64,000 nucleotides of DNA from a virus: positions 2,221 through 66,220 of IMG/VR virus record IMGVR_UViG_3300024978_000010. The stretch is one strand, 5' to 3'. This document shows positions 1 through 9,372 of the stretch, piece by piece. Position 1 is the stretch's first letter. Each line of letters begins with the position of its first letter. Both the position numbers and the translations under genes were made by a program. The notes beneath the pieces were generated by a model. The model was not told the origin of the DNA. It saw only the letters and a program-made list of their open reading frames with translations, and did no database searches.

Positions 1-1
1 A

Positions 2-256
2 GCGGTCACTTCGTACTACGAAGTCGAGATCGACACCAGCAAGTTCACGAAGCAGGTGATGGACGACTTTGAAGAGGTGATGTACGAGATGGGCGAGATC
101 GAGGGGCACGCGGAGCACATCGCCGCCATGCTGCACCGCAGAGGCGAGGGTACCTCCGACGGCGTGGAGCTCGAAGGCTACGGCGACCTCGCGGAGGTCG
201 GCGGCCGCGCCGAGCACATCGACGAAGAATCTAGCGCGCGAGAGAAGCGCCCATGA
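2..256 (+). CDS. Hypothetical acidic protein, 5'-truncated by the window edge
   Basis: Frame is open from position 2 (AVTSYYEVEIDTSK...); ATGA overlap with the next gene. Confidence 0.7.
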   Translation, partial: AVTSYYEVEIDTSKFTKQVMDDFEEVMYEMGEIEGHAEHIAAMLHRRGEGTSDGVELEGYGDLAEVGGRAEHIDEESSAREKRP

Positions 257-507
257 GCGGCGATAAGCGCGACGAGCGCATCACCACCATCGGCGGGCTA
301 CTGGACGCCATCGCAGCGTACCGGGAAGTGTGGAGAGAGAACTTCCCGGACGTGACCGACGAGGAGTTCCGCGACATGGGCCTAGACATCTGCATCGACC
401 TAGGCCAGGACGACGGGCGCTGCCTCCCCCTGAACGACGTCATGATGCTGGAAGCCAACGAGGACGGCGACGCCTACATGCTGGTCGGCGATTGGCCGAG
501 CCGGTGA
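253..507 (+). CDS. Hypothetical protein
   Basis: ATGA and GTGA coupling on both sides; GC3-rich codons. Confidence 0.75.
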   Translation: MSGDKRDERITTIGGLLDAIAAYREVWRENFPDVTDEEFRDMGLDICIDLGQDDGRCLPLNDVMMLEANEDGDAYMLVGDWPSR

Positions 508-758
508 GTAGGCGCACCATTAAGCGCGTAGGGTTCGATCAAGAAGCCCTAGTCGAGGCTTACAGATCCACACGCACCTCGTGGCGCGACACCCTCGCCC
601 ACGCCCTCGCCAACGCCGCCCTTAGCATCGCGACGCGCAAGTACCGTGGCATGATCGCCGGAGCCATCGAGTACGGGCTGAGATCGGCCGCCCGTGATGC
701 CAGTGAAGGACTTCCATCGCCGCCCGAGCTCCCCATTGCGCTGAGGACACGGCGATGA
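504..758 (+). CDS. Hypothetical protein (MSRRTIKRVGFDQ...)
   Basis: GTG at 504 overlaps the upstream TGA; stop overlaps the next ATG. Confidence 0.65.
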   Translation: MSRRTIKRVGFDQEALVEAYRSTRTSWRDTLAHALANAALSIATRKYRGMIAGAIEYGLRSAARDASEGLPSPPELPIALRTRR

Positions 759-1021
759 GCGGCACGGCTATTCGCAAAGCGCCGCGCCGACGTTGCCTTC
801 AGTGCTACGTCGAGTTCCAACCGGACACGCCATGGACGAAGATTTGTTCTGATCGGTGCCGGGAAGCCCGTAACGAGGTGCGTCGTTATGGCTCCCACGA
901 TGGGGGAGCTGTGGTTGATTGGCCTGCCGTGCTGCGTAGCATGGGCAAGCAAGATCCGCACCTCGCACGCAAGATGGCTGACGCGGTGGCTGCGTACCGT
1001 GCGGCGAGGTCGGCACGGTGA
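755..1021 (+). CDS. Small zinc-finger protein
   Basis: CLQC...F...CSDRC motif; coupled overlaps. Confidence 0.65.
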   Translation: MSGTAIRKAPRRRCLQCYVEFQPDTPWTKICSDRCREARNEVRRYGSHDGGAVVDWPAVLRSMGKQDPHLARKMADAVAAYRAARSAR

Positions 1022-1215
1022 CGAACACCGAGGTGCGGCTGTTGCGCCACCTAACCGCCTTGTACGGCGACCCACTGAGCGATGTTGATTTGTGGGGTTC
1101 GGAGAAGACTGCACTGGTGCGGCTCGGCGAGCGACGCCTTGCGCGACGCGTCGGGTACGGAACCTGGCGCGTGACGCTTGGCGGCTTGGTGCGTGCCAGG
1201 AAGTTGTCGCAGTAG
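1018..1215 (+). CDS. Hypothetical protein, possibly winged-helix-like
   Basis: GTGA overlap; ...LVRLGERRLARR..GTWRVTLGG pattern. Confidence 0.55.
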   Translation: MTNTEVRLLRHLTALYGDPLSDVDLWGSEKTALVRLGERRLARRVGYGTWRVTLGGLVRARKLSQ

Positions 1216-1219
1216 ATCG

Positions 1220-1429
1220 ATGGCGAAGCGTGGGTTCGCGGGTCGTCGCATCAAGGAGGACGGCGGGATCAGCTTCAAAGAGCTGGTACGTCGTGCGCGT
1301 CTTGACGACCAGGAGTACGAGTCGCTATACTATAGGGAGGAGGGTGACCATGAAACCGGAACGCCTGAACAGACAACAGATCGACAAGCTCGTGCTGGAA
1401 CGCATCAAGGACGGAAGGATGAGGGTTGA
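1220..1429 (+). CDS. Possible small hypothetical protein (MAKRGFAGRR...)
   Basis: ATG 4 nt after the previous stop; fills the operon gap but overlaps the next gene by 80 nt. Confidence 0.35.
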   Translation: MAKRGFAGRRIKEDGGISFKELVRRARLDDQEYESLYYREEGDHETGTPEQTTDRQARAGTHQGRKDEG

Positions 1430-1718
1430 TAAGAAGGGCCGCATCCTCTCTCTGCAACGCGACGGCTCCGAGCGCCCCATCGGGCACGAGAGCAACAACC
1501 GGCGCAACATCGCCGTGAACTTCAGCTTCGGTGGGCAGGTCTACCGCGCCCAGGGTGGGCGGATCGCTTGGGCCATCCACCACGGCGAATGGCCGCCAGC
1601 TGACATGAGCGTGATGATGGTCAACGGCAAGAAAGGCGACTTCACGCGCAAGAACCTCGCGCTGGTGCCCAGCGGCACGGAGTCGGCGTTCAGGGGCAGG
1701 GCGGTGCGTGACGAGTGA
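1350..1718 (+). CDS. HNH_3-like protein, apparently catalytically degenerate
   Basis: Strong [41 protein letters not shown] resembles the HNH_3 pattern but lacks the His/Asn residues. Confidence 0.7.
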   Translation: MKPERLNRQQIDKLVLERIKDGRMRVDKKGRILSLQRDGSERPIGHESNNRRNIAVNFSFGGQVYRAQGGRIAWAIHHGEWPPADMSVMMVNGKKGDFTRKNLALVPSGTESAFRGRAVRDE

Positions 1719-1987
1719 GCACGCCGCCCGTACTGCGCCTTCTACGACAGCAAGTAGCCCCCTTCTTCGTTGCGGAGGGGGCCATCCTTGGGGTCTACCA
1801 GATCACCGATGAGGGAGAGTTCCACCGCGTCATCAAGACGAAGCACGTGTCCGACGCGGCACAGGCGATCCTAGCGCTGCGCGACAGCCGCTCCTGGCTG
1901 CTGTACATGAAAGAGCACGACGGACGTACTACGATAATAGCCGTGTCAGAGGCCATGAAGGCAGCCCTCGATGGCGCCGTACACTGA
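1715..1987 (+). CDS. Hypothetical protein
   Basis: GTGA overlap; lies in the operon. Confidence 0.65.
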   Translation: MSTPPVLRLLRQQVAPFFVAEGAILGVYQITDEGEFHRVIKTKHVSDAAQAILALRDSRSWLLYMKEHDGRTTIIAVSEAMKAALDGAVH

Positions 1988-2468
1988 CGCCGAGGTCGTC
2001 GTTTACGCGTGGATACTACAGCATCCGCGCAGCACGATACGCGAGGCTGTCACGGCTGGCGTTGGCAATCAAAGGTACGTCACCTTCGCGCTGGATAGGC
2101 TGACGAAGGCAGGCGCGACCGAACGCTACTTAGGCGCCGGTCGCGCCTTCCGTTACACCGCCACCTTGGGCACGGCACCCATCGAGGAGTACGAACGCGA
2201 GCACGCGGCGCGGCGCATCAGGGAACGGCTGCGAACGCATCGCGGGGCACGCATCAGGCGCAGTCGGCCGGGTGACGAGAGCGACTTGGAGGCTTGGGAG
2301 TTGGAGATCTTGATTACGAACTACGAAGCGCTAACCCCCGGCTGCGGTTGGCTCCTGATCGAGGACCACGTGACCTTCAGCGCGCGCAGGGGGCGCGCCC
2401 CGCTGGTGACGATGGCTGACTACCCGCGCCTGTGCGCCAAGGCCGAAGAGATTCGAGCCAATGTCTAA
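1971..2468 (+). CDS. Winged-helix DNA-binding protein (TrmB/MarR-like N-terminus)
   Basis: TDAEVVVYAWILQHPRSTIREA...VTFALDRLTKAG helix pattern. Confidence 0.6.
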   Translation: MAPYTDAEVVVYAWILQHPRSTIREAVTAGVGNQRYVTFALDRLTKAGATERYLGAGRAFRYTATLGTAPIEEYEREHAARRIRERLRTHRGARIRRSRPGDESDLEAWELEILITNYEALTPGCGWLLIEDHVTFSARRGRAPLVTMADYPRLCAKAEEIRANV

Positions 2469-2772
2469 GGCGCATCACAACCAACTCTATTACGACTGGT
2501 GGCGTCAGAAGTATTCGCGCTGCCTGTTCTGCGGCGCTCCTGGCGAGCAGTTCCACCATTTCCAGCTGGTCGGCGCGGCGGCGTATAGTGGCACGATGCC
2601 ACGCAGGTACAGCACGTATAACGCGGCGCTGTTATGCCACGAGTGCCACACGGCGCTGCACGACTTCGGAGAGAAGTCGGTCATCAAGCGTGCGCTTGGC
2701 GGCGAGCGCCAGCTTTACCAGATCATGATGGGCCGCCACCACGAGTTCATGGACTACCTGAGCGGCCTATAG
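2461..2772 (+). CDS. Small zinc-binding HNH-family nuclease (DUF968/Ref-like)
   Basis: CLFCG...FHH...N..LLCHECH..LH. Confidence 0.7.
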   Translation: MSKAHHNQLYYDWWRQKYSRCLFCGAPGEQFHHFQLVGAAAYSGTMPRRYSTYNAALLCHECHTALHDFGEKSVIKRALGGERQLYQIMMGRHHEFMDYLSGL

Positions 2773-2787
2773 CCACCCCAATCCGGG

Positions 2788-2817
2788 TTGACGCCGGTAA
2801 GCGAAGTTTGCTAGACT
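2788..2817 (+). promoter_or_regulatory. Sigma70-type promoter of the replication operon
   Basis: TTGACG-18 nt-TAGACT with extended TG; followed by RBS AAAGGGAG. Confidence 0.65.
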
Positions 2818-2846
2818 AGCCTTGTTCCAAGAAAGGGAGAGAGCAC

Positions 2847-4046
2847 ATGACCAACAAACCCGTTTCCCCCGCCCTGCTGAGCGGCTTCTTACAGGACGCT
2901 CAACGCGCCCAGGAGCAACTGAAGCAGGCGCAGTTCTCCACGCTTTCCTACGTGCGGGCCGCCAAGGGCAAGCGCGACGGCAAGATCGTGCAGTTCGTCG
3001 AGGTCGTCGATCCGAGCCAGCGCGACGAGAAGAACCAGCCGAAAGTCACCCGCGTGGACAGCCTGGATGTGGTGCTCCTGAACCACACCATGACCCGCTC
3101 CATGCGCTACGTGAACGCTGCCGGCAAGCTCGTCAGCGAGTGCTATTCGGTCGGCCCACGCAAGGGCGGCGTCGGCATCGGCACGCTGCACCAAGGCCCG
3201 ATGGATTGCGTGACGTGCCAAGCGCGCTGGCCGGACGGCTGGCAGCGCGACAGCATCGAGTACGGCAGCGAGACGGTCGCCAGGAACACCGTGAAGTGCA
3301 ACAGCCGCTACCAGGCCACGGCCATGCTGTCGCGGGAGCTGTGGGATGACCCCGAGCAGCCCAAGCTGGCGATGATTTTCCTGCCCATGACCAGCGTGTA
3401 CGGCGTGACGATCAAGGACCCAGCCGACGCCCCCGAGCGCAGCCGCACGCTCCTGTCCTACCCCGGCCGCCAGGACCCGGAGGGGCACAAGGGTGTGCTC
3501 TTGGAGCTCCTGACGCGTCCGTGGGAGCTCGGCATCCAACTCGGTGGCGAGGCTTTCGCCAGCAGCGGCACGCCGGAGACGGCCATCTGGCTTCACGTCG
3601 AAGCCGCGATGCTCGGTGACAGCCCCCAGCCGGTGCTGGCCTTCGACATCGGCGACGAGTTGGACGTGGAGACGCTGACGGTGATCGACGGCTTCGCTAA
3701 GGCCAAGGGCCTTGAGATGGCCAAGGAGCAGATCGCCACCAGCCTACGCGACGCCTACCCGTCCTTGTCGGAAGCCCGTCGCCCGGCGCTGGTGAGCGCG
3801 GCGGCGGATGGCCGCTTCGGTGACTTCGCTGACGGCGTGCGACTGGCTCTGCCGGTTCACGCCGAGGTCATGCCGGAGCCGACGGCAGCGCCGACGAGGG
3901 ATGAGCCGCCCTTGGCGCAGGCCACTAGGGCGCCCTCGCCCGCTACCGGACCATCCGCGCCCGTGCAGGCGGCCATCGAGTACGAAGACGATGAGTTCCC
4001 CCCGGAGGAAGACCTCCCTTTTGACCAAGCCCCCGGTCGCGGCTGA
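2847..4046 (+). CDS. Putative ssDNA-binding/annealing protein
   Basis: Four Cys (CYS..CVTC..C), Pro/Ala linker and acidic tail EYEDDEFPPEEDLPF typical of SSBs; lies upstream of the primase-helicase. Confidence 0.55.
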   Translation: MTNKPVSPALLSGFLQDAQRAQEQLKQAQFSTLSYVRAAKGKRDGKIVQFVEVVDPSQRDEKNQPKVTRVDSLDVVLLNHTMTRSMRYVNAAGKLVSECYSVGPRKGGVGIGTLHQGPMDCVTCQARWPDGWQRDSIEYGSETVARNTVKCNSRYQATAMLSRELWDDPEQPKLAMIFLPMTSVYGVTIKDPADAPERSRTLLSYPGRQDPEGHKGVLLELLTRPWELGIQLGGEAFASSGTPETAIWLHVEAAMLGDSPQPVLAFDIGDELDVETLTVIDGFAKAKGLEMAKEQIATSLRDAYPSLSEARRPALVSAAADGRFGDFADGVRLALPVHAEVMPEPTAAPTRDEPPLAQATRAPSPATGPSAPVQAAIEYEDDEFPPEEDLPFDQAPGRG

Positions 4047-4528
4047 TGCCCGCGGCTGGGGGCGCAGCCCAAACGGGCCGGCCCAGGAGTTGCGACTGCG
4101 GTGAGTGCAAGAAGTGCAAGCGCGCCAACTACATGCGCGAATGGTACAGGAAGAAGTCGCCAGAGGAGCGCCGGGAGCACGTAGCCCGGCGCGATGCTGA
4201 CCTAGTTCGTGCGCGGGATCGCGCTAGATACGAGAAGGACAAAGAGAAGCGCCTTGGGCTATTGGCTGCTCGGAAAAAGAAGCACCGCATGGCAACGAAG
4301 GCGCTGAACAACGCTGTCCAGAGTGGCCGCATAATCAGGCCGGATACGTGTTCAGAGTGCGGCGCAATCGGCGTGAAAATCACCGGCCACCACGAAGATT
4401 ACGATAGACCTCTTGAGGTTGTTTGGCTGTGTTATTCGTGCCACGGCAGGCGGCATCGCAAGGCCGACCACGAGTTCGTTGGCTGGGGCGCTGAGGGGAG
4501 AAGTAAGTGGCAAGCAAGAGGATCGTAA
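4046..4528 (+). CDS. HNH endonuclease-like protein
   Basis: RPDTCSECG...GHHEDYDRPLEVVWLCYSCH; N-terminal CDCGEC. Confidence 0.8.
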   Translation: MPAAGGAAQTGRPRSCDCGECKKCKRANYMREWYRKKSPEERREHVARRDADLVRARDRARYEKDKEKRLGLLAARKKKHRMATKALNNAVQSGRIIRPDTCSECGAIGVKITGHHEDYDRPLEVVWLCYSCHGRRHRKADHEFVGWGAEGRSKWQARGS

Positions 4529-7500
4529 TGGACCCGACTGGTTACGTCGGGTCTTTCAGGTTCTTGGAGGTCATGCTGGGCGGCAAGAACCGTCGCGGCA
4601 GCGGCCTATGGGCTGAGACCGAGGACTTGACCCGCATCGTTCACGACGCGGCGTTCGTAAGCAAGAAGCCGCTCGAAGATTCACACGGCCAGATAGCGCA
4701 CTACCGTTCGCAGTTCCCGCTCTTCGACAAGGATGACCCCGAGCGGCGCGCAGAGTTGAGCGAGCAGGTGGCGCACGTGCCGCACCTCGCCGACTTCCAC
4801 GTTGACATCGATCACGACGGCGACCTGGAAGCCAGCCGCGTCATGGCCTTGAAGGTCGTGGACTACTACCTCAGCCTTGGCATCGCGGAGGAAGCCATCG
4901 GCATCCGCTTCAGCGGCTCCAAGGGCTTCGACATCTCGCTGCCCTGGCAGTTGTTCGGCGTGCAGGCGCAGGGCGTGATGTCACTGGCGTGGACGACTTG
5001 GAAGCTGTTCGGCCGCGAGCTGATACACGACCTTGATCTGAGCGGCGTGGACGAGGGGCTGTGGCGCAAGAACGGCACCATCCGGCTTGAGAACACTAGG
5101 CATCCGAAGAGCGGCCTGTTCAAGGTGCGGTTGACGCCCAAGGAACTTCGCTCCTCGATCAAGGCCATCCAGAAGCTCGCAGAACAGCCCAGGGCGGCCT
5201 TCTACCGCCCCGAGGCTATAGAGGTAGCCCTGGCAGTGCCGAACGCGGGTCTACGGCCACGCTACCTCGCGCTACAGGCCCAGGCGGATGCGGATATCGC
5301 CACCATCACGGCTCTGCGCCAGCGGCCCCTCGATCCCGAGATCGCGAAGGAGTTGGAAGGCGGCCTGGTGGCCTGCCTTGAGAACATCGCCCGCTCCTCG
5401 CCGGCACGCGGCACGCGTAACGTGACGACTTTCCACGCTGCCATGATGATGAAGCGCATCCAGAAGGGCGAGGAAGCCGCGCAGCAACTGGTTCGAGGCT
5501 GGCTCGGCGACGCCGCCTACAACGACGTGGGCGCAGAGGGCACCATCAACAGCGTGTACACCGGCCCGTACGAAGGCGGGTGCCGCTGGATGCGCGAGTC
5601 GGGTTACGCCACGCCCTCCGAGTGCGCCGCCTGCCCCGTTGGGCGCTTCAGGACGCCCAGGAAGGCGCGAGTGGTGGAGGCTGAGTTGCCGGTCGTGGCC
5701 GCCGACTCGCTACTGCCTACCATCGCGGAGCAGCGGGTGCGCCTGCAAGAGGATCTGGCCCACCTCAACCCCGGCAAGGTCACGGTCGTCAGTATCCCGG
5801 CTGGCGTCGGCAAGACGCACGCCACGCTGCAACGCGCCGTGAGCATGGTCCGCGAGGGGCAGCGGGTGCTGTTCTTCGTGAAGGACACGCGCTCTCCGAC
5901 CGGCTTGGCGGCCGACATGATTGACGAGTTGCGCGAGAAGCACGATTACTTCGGCAAGGTGCAGATCCTGCGAGGCCGAGACGCCGACAACTGCGAGGAC
6001 TGGACCACCGTGCAGGCCGTCACGAAGAAGGGCTACCCGGTAGCCACGACGGTGTGCAACACCTGCCCGGCGCGGCCGCATTGCGCCTACTACCGGCAGT
6101 ACGACGACGCCTACGAGGCTGGCATCTACATCGCGCCGCACGCCATGCTGCCGATTATCTTCAACGACGACTGGCGCGGCTTCTCGCATGAGTACGTCGG
6201 CTACACGGACGACGGCAAGCGCGGCGGCACCGTCGGGGGGCCGCTGGGCCTCATCGTCATCGACGAGGACGCGTTGGACGTGATGGTTGACCGCTTCTGG
6301 CTTGGGCGTTACCACTTAGAGTCTGAGCTCAAGCAGAAGATCCGGCACCGCAAACGCATCGACAAGCTGACGGGCGGGGAGGTCAACGCCAAGGTCCCGC
6401 TGGACCCCAACTGGCTGCGCATCATCGAGTGGTTGCTGCTGACCCTGAAGATCGACGGCCCGGTGATGCCGACGCTAGCGAGCATCGCACGGGCGGATGG
6501 CGCGGATGTACGCGCCGTGCTTCACGCCATCGACCCGGCCAACATCATCGACCCCGACATCAAGAGGTCCAAGGGCCACCGGCCGTTCACGTCGCGCCTC
6601 TACTACGCGCTGATGGCGGAAGTGAAGCGCTTGCGAGACGGGAACTTCACCATCTGGCGTGCGGGGGAGGGCATCAGCGTCATGCGCCTGGTGCCCATCC
6701 AGTTCCCGCCCGGCATCCCGGTGTTGGTGTTGGACGCCTACGCTAACCACGACCTGTACCAGCGCTATTACCGCGCTGCGGGGGTCAACCGGCTGTTGGA
6801 GTTCCGCGACTACCCGGTCAGGGAGCAGGCGAACGTGACCTACGTGCTGGGCGCTAACCTGCTGAGCCGCGACATCGAGACGGGATCGGAGAAGATCAAC
6901 CGCGTCATGCTCGGCCTTCAAGCGCTGACGGCGGATGGCGTCGAGACTTACATCGTCGCCAAACGCGCCTTCTTCGCCAGCGCGGCTTGGGAGGAGTGGG
7001 CTCCTCGCCTGCCTAACTGCGTGGCTGACGGCGACGCCGGGCAGCTGCACTTCTGGCGTGGGCGGGGCATCAACGCCGCGAGCGGCAAGCGCATCGCGGT
7101 GGTGCAGGTCCCGAACTTCCACCCGGACCACGTGTTCTCCGAAGCCAGCCTGCTGTACGCCGACGAGCCGCGCCTGGACAACCAGCGTGAGCGCGTGGAG
7201 ACCGACATCATCTGGGCTGACGGAGCCGACGCGGTGGCCATGAAGGTAGACCGCGTGATGTACGCCGACGAGCGCCTGAACCTGATCAACGAACGCTACC
7301 GCATGGATGAGCTGGTGCAGATGGCGCTGCGTAGCCGCAGCCTCACCACGGGCGCGGAGATCATCTTGTTCGCCGACCTTCCAGATCCGCGCCTGCCAGC
7401 CACGCGTGTCGTGCTGCTGGACGACATCAGCCGCGAGCAGGAGTTGGGAGAAGCCAGGCGAGTCATCTACGCCGCCTTGGAGGAGTTGGAAGCCTTGAAC

Positions 7501-7656
7501 ATGCAGAACCTCATCGATCTGGGGGTCGTCACCGGCAGCGGCGCGGCCACACCGCTGCGTAGCGCCATCAAGCGCACGGCAGCCGCCGAGTTGCAGCTGG
7601 TACGCAGCCACCCGGTAGCGCCAGCCGTGGCCGCTGCGGAAGCGAGCTTGACATGA
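4507..7656 (+). CDS. Fused AEP primase-polymerase / SF2-like helicase
   Basis: HVDID (motif I), RFSGSKG (motif II), IRLENTRHPKSGLFK; Walker A PAGVGKT; Cys cluster C..CNTCP...CAYY; Walker B IVIDED; DELVQMALRSR. Confidence 0.85.
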   Translation: MASKRIVMDPTGYVGSFRFLEVMLGGKNRRGSGLWAETEDLTRIVHDAAFVSKKPLEDSHGQIAHYRSQFPLFDKDDPERRAELSEQVAHVPHLADFHVDIDHDGDLEASRVMALKVVDYYLSLGIAEEAIGIRFSGSKGFDISLPWQLFGVQAQGVMSLAWTTWKLFGRELIHDLDLSGVDEGLWRKNGTIRLENTRHPKSGLFKVRLTPKELRSSIKAIQKLAEQPRAAFYRPEAIEVALAVPNAGLRPRYLALQAQADADIATITALRQRPLDPEIAKELEGGLVACLENIARSSPARGTRNVTTFHAAMMMKRIQKGEEAAQQLVRGWLGDAAYNDVGAEGTINSVYTGPYEGGCRWMRESGYATPSECAACPVGRFRTPRKARVVEAELPVVAADSLLPTIAEQRVRLQEDLAHLNPGKVTVVSIPAGVGKTHATLQRAVSMVREGQRVLFFVKDTRSPTGLAADMIDELREKHDYFGKVQILRGRDADNCEDWTTVQAVTKKGYPVATTVCNTCPARPHCAYYRQYDDAYEAGIYIAPHAMLPIIFNDDWRGFSHEYVGYTDDGKRGGTVGGPLGLIVIDEDALDVMVDRFWLGRYHLESELKQKIRHRKRIDKLTGGEVNAKVPLDPNWLRIIEWLLLTLKIDGPVMPTLASIARADGADVRAVLHAIDPANIIDPDIKRSKGHRPFTSRLYYALMAEVKRLRDGNFTIWRAGEGISVMRLVPIQFPPGIPVLVLDAYANHDLYQRYYRAAGVNRLLEFRDYPVREQANVTYVLGANLLSRDIETGSEKINRVMLGLQALTADGVETYIVAKRAFFASAAWEEWAPRLPNCVADGDAGQLHFWRGRGINAASGKRIAVVQVPNFHPDHVFSEASLLYADEPRLDNQRERVETDIIWADGADAVAMKVDRVMYADERLNLINERYRMDELVQMALRSRSLTTGAEIILFADLPDPRLPATRVVLLDDISREQELGEARRVIYAALEELEALNMQNLIDLGVVTGSGAATPLRSAIKRTAAAELQLVRSHPVAPAVAAAEASLT

Positions 7657-8423
7657 TCGAGTTGGAGCGTTGGCCGGAGTCGCAGCACCGCATGGTCGCC
7701 TACTACTACGCCATCAAGGGGCCGCGCTGGGTAGCGGCGAGGCTCCATAAGAGCGCGAGCGCCGTGGGAGAGTACGCCCGGAGGCACGGCATCTACTACG
7801 GCGTGAAGCCAGGCTACTTGCGCGTCGGTGAGGTGGCCTCTCTGTGCGGGGCGCGGTATTCGAGCGTGCTTCACGCGGCGAAGCAGGATGGCGTGTTCCG
7901 CCGCTTCGACAAGCGGCTGGTGATGGTCCCGGAGAAGTGGGGCTTGGAGTACATGGAGCGCATCGGTCGGCAGCGCGAGAACCAGGAGTTGTTGGACGAG
8001 AAGCTTTACTTCACCATCGGCGACGCAGCGGAAGTCATCGGCTGCGGCGCTGCGACGGTGAAGAGCGCCTTGCGTGGACGAGGCTGGCTGGGGCCGGCGC
8101 TGGGAAACGCCAAGCGTCGGCGGGGCAACAACGACGCTGGCCGCCGTGCGTTGGCGATCGAGGCGAGGGCGGTGTACGCGGCTAAGGTGTTCCGCGAGAA
8201 GCAGCTTCGCGTCGCCGAGGGGATGTACACGTACGAGCAACTGTGCGTGATGGCCGACGCACCTTACCCGACGGTGAAGAGCCGGTTGGCGCGGGCGGGG
8301 GTCGAGGGCGTGAGGGTGTACGTGGGCGGCAAGCGCCCGAAGAGCCACTTCCCGGCCTGGGCCGTTCCGATAGCCTGTGGCGTGGTAAGCTCCGAGCAGG
8401 TATACCATGAGGAGGCGGCGTGA
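7653..8423 (+). CDS. Multi-HTH DNA-binding protein
   Basis: Repeated HTH-like segments: WVAARLHKSASAV, GEVASLCGARYSSV, GDAAEVIGCGAATVKS, YEQLCVMADAPYPTVKSRL. Confidence 0.6.
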   Translation: MIELERWPESQHRMVAYYYAIKGPRWVAARLHKSASAVGEYARRHGIYYGVKPGYLRVGEVASLCGARYSSVLHAAKQDGVFRRFDKRLVMVPEKWGLEYMERIGRQRENQELLDEKLYFTIGDAAEVIGCGAATVKSALRGRGWLGPALGNAKRRRGNNDAGRRALAIEARAVYAAKVFREKQLRVAEGMYTYEQLCVMADAPYPTVKSRLARAGVEGVRVYVGGKRPKSHFPAWAVPIACGVVSSEQVYHEEAA

Positions 8424-9121
8424 GCGACATCAAGAAACTATTGAACACCCCAACAGACGCGCAACGCGAGCACAGGGCGGCGGAGATGCGCCGCGAGCTG
8501 CGGCGCTTGGCGCTGTCAGACGGGCAGGCGGCCTTGGCGTCAGGCCAGGTCCTGCACGACATCAAGCGGCAGGAGCTGTGGCGTTACCACGCGGATTCGT
8601 GGCGCGAGTTCCTTGAAGACCTCGGCATCGCATCGCACACCGACTTCATACGACGCCGCGTCTACGAGGTGTTCGTCATCGAGGGCAACATGGACATCGC
8701 CGACCCGCGCCTCATCGGCGGCAGCATGTCCAAGCTCGGCGTGGGGACGCGCCGCGCCTTCGTGCCCTGGGTCCTCAACCACCTAGACGAGTTCCTGACC
8801 GCCGCCACCGCCCCCATCGGAGAAGGCGGCTTGGCGCGAGGCGATCTGTACGCCTGGCTAGAGGAGCAGGTCGGCATCGGCCTTCAGAGCGAAGCCAGCG
8901 CCTTGACTCGCGCCACGCGCAGCCTGCGGCGCACCTGCGCGTACATTCGCAGCCTCAGCGACGACGCCAGGGACGTGCTGGCGCAGACCATCAAGAACGA
9001 CGAGGATATCTTCGACACGCTCCTGTTCATGACCGGCTACGCCGACAAGAAGCAGCGCATCATCCCGCCAGAGAACATGCCTACCGAGGAGGTCGATATC
9101 GACGTGGAGGACGAATGGTGA
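8420..9121 (+). CDS. Hypothetical phage protein
   Basis: GQVLHDIKRQELWR...SWREFLE.LGI pattern seen in phage DNA-binding proteins; RBS GAGGAGG. Confidence 0.7.
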   Translation: MSDIKKLLNTPTDAQREHRAAEMRRELRRLALSDGQAALASGQVLHDIKRQELWRYHADSWREFLEDLGIASHTDFIRRRVYEVFVIEGNMDIADPRLIGGSMSKLGVGTRRAFVPWVLNHLDEFLTAATAPIGEGGLARGDLYAWLEEQVGIGLQSEASALTRATRSLRRTCAYIRSLSDDARDVLAQTIKNDEDIFDTLLFMTGYADKKQRIIPPENMPTEEVDIDVEDEW

Positions 9122-9372
9122 TGGACGTTCCGAAGACCGAAGACCGCCACTGGCGGCTTGACCTGAAGTTCCGCAGCGGCGGCAGTATGAGCCTTCTCCT
9201 ATCAGAGGCGGCGCTGGCCGGCAAGCTGGTGGAGACGTGGGGCGAGATACAGCCGGGCCAGTCGGTGGTGGCTGACCTCTCCTTCATCGACCCTGACACC
9301 GGCAAGATCGGCTGGATGCGCCTGGATTGCGCCGACATCCTCTCGGCCACCCTGTGGAGCGAAGATGGCTAA
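9115..9372 (+). CDS. Hypothetical protein
   Basis: Overlaps both neighbours; RBS GGAGG. Confidence 0.7.
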   Translation: MVMDVPKTEDRHWRLDLKFRSGGSMSLLLSEAALAGKLVETWGEIQPGQSVVADLSFIDPDTGKIGWMRLDCADILSATLWSEDG

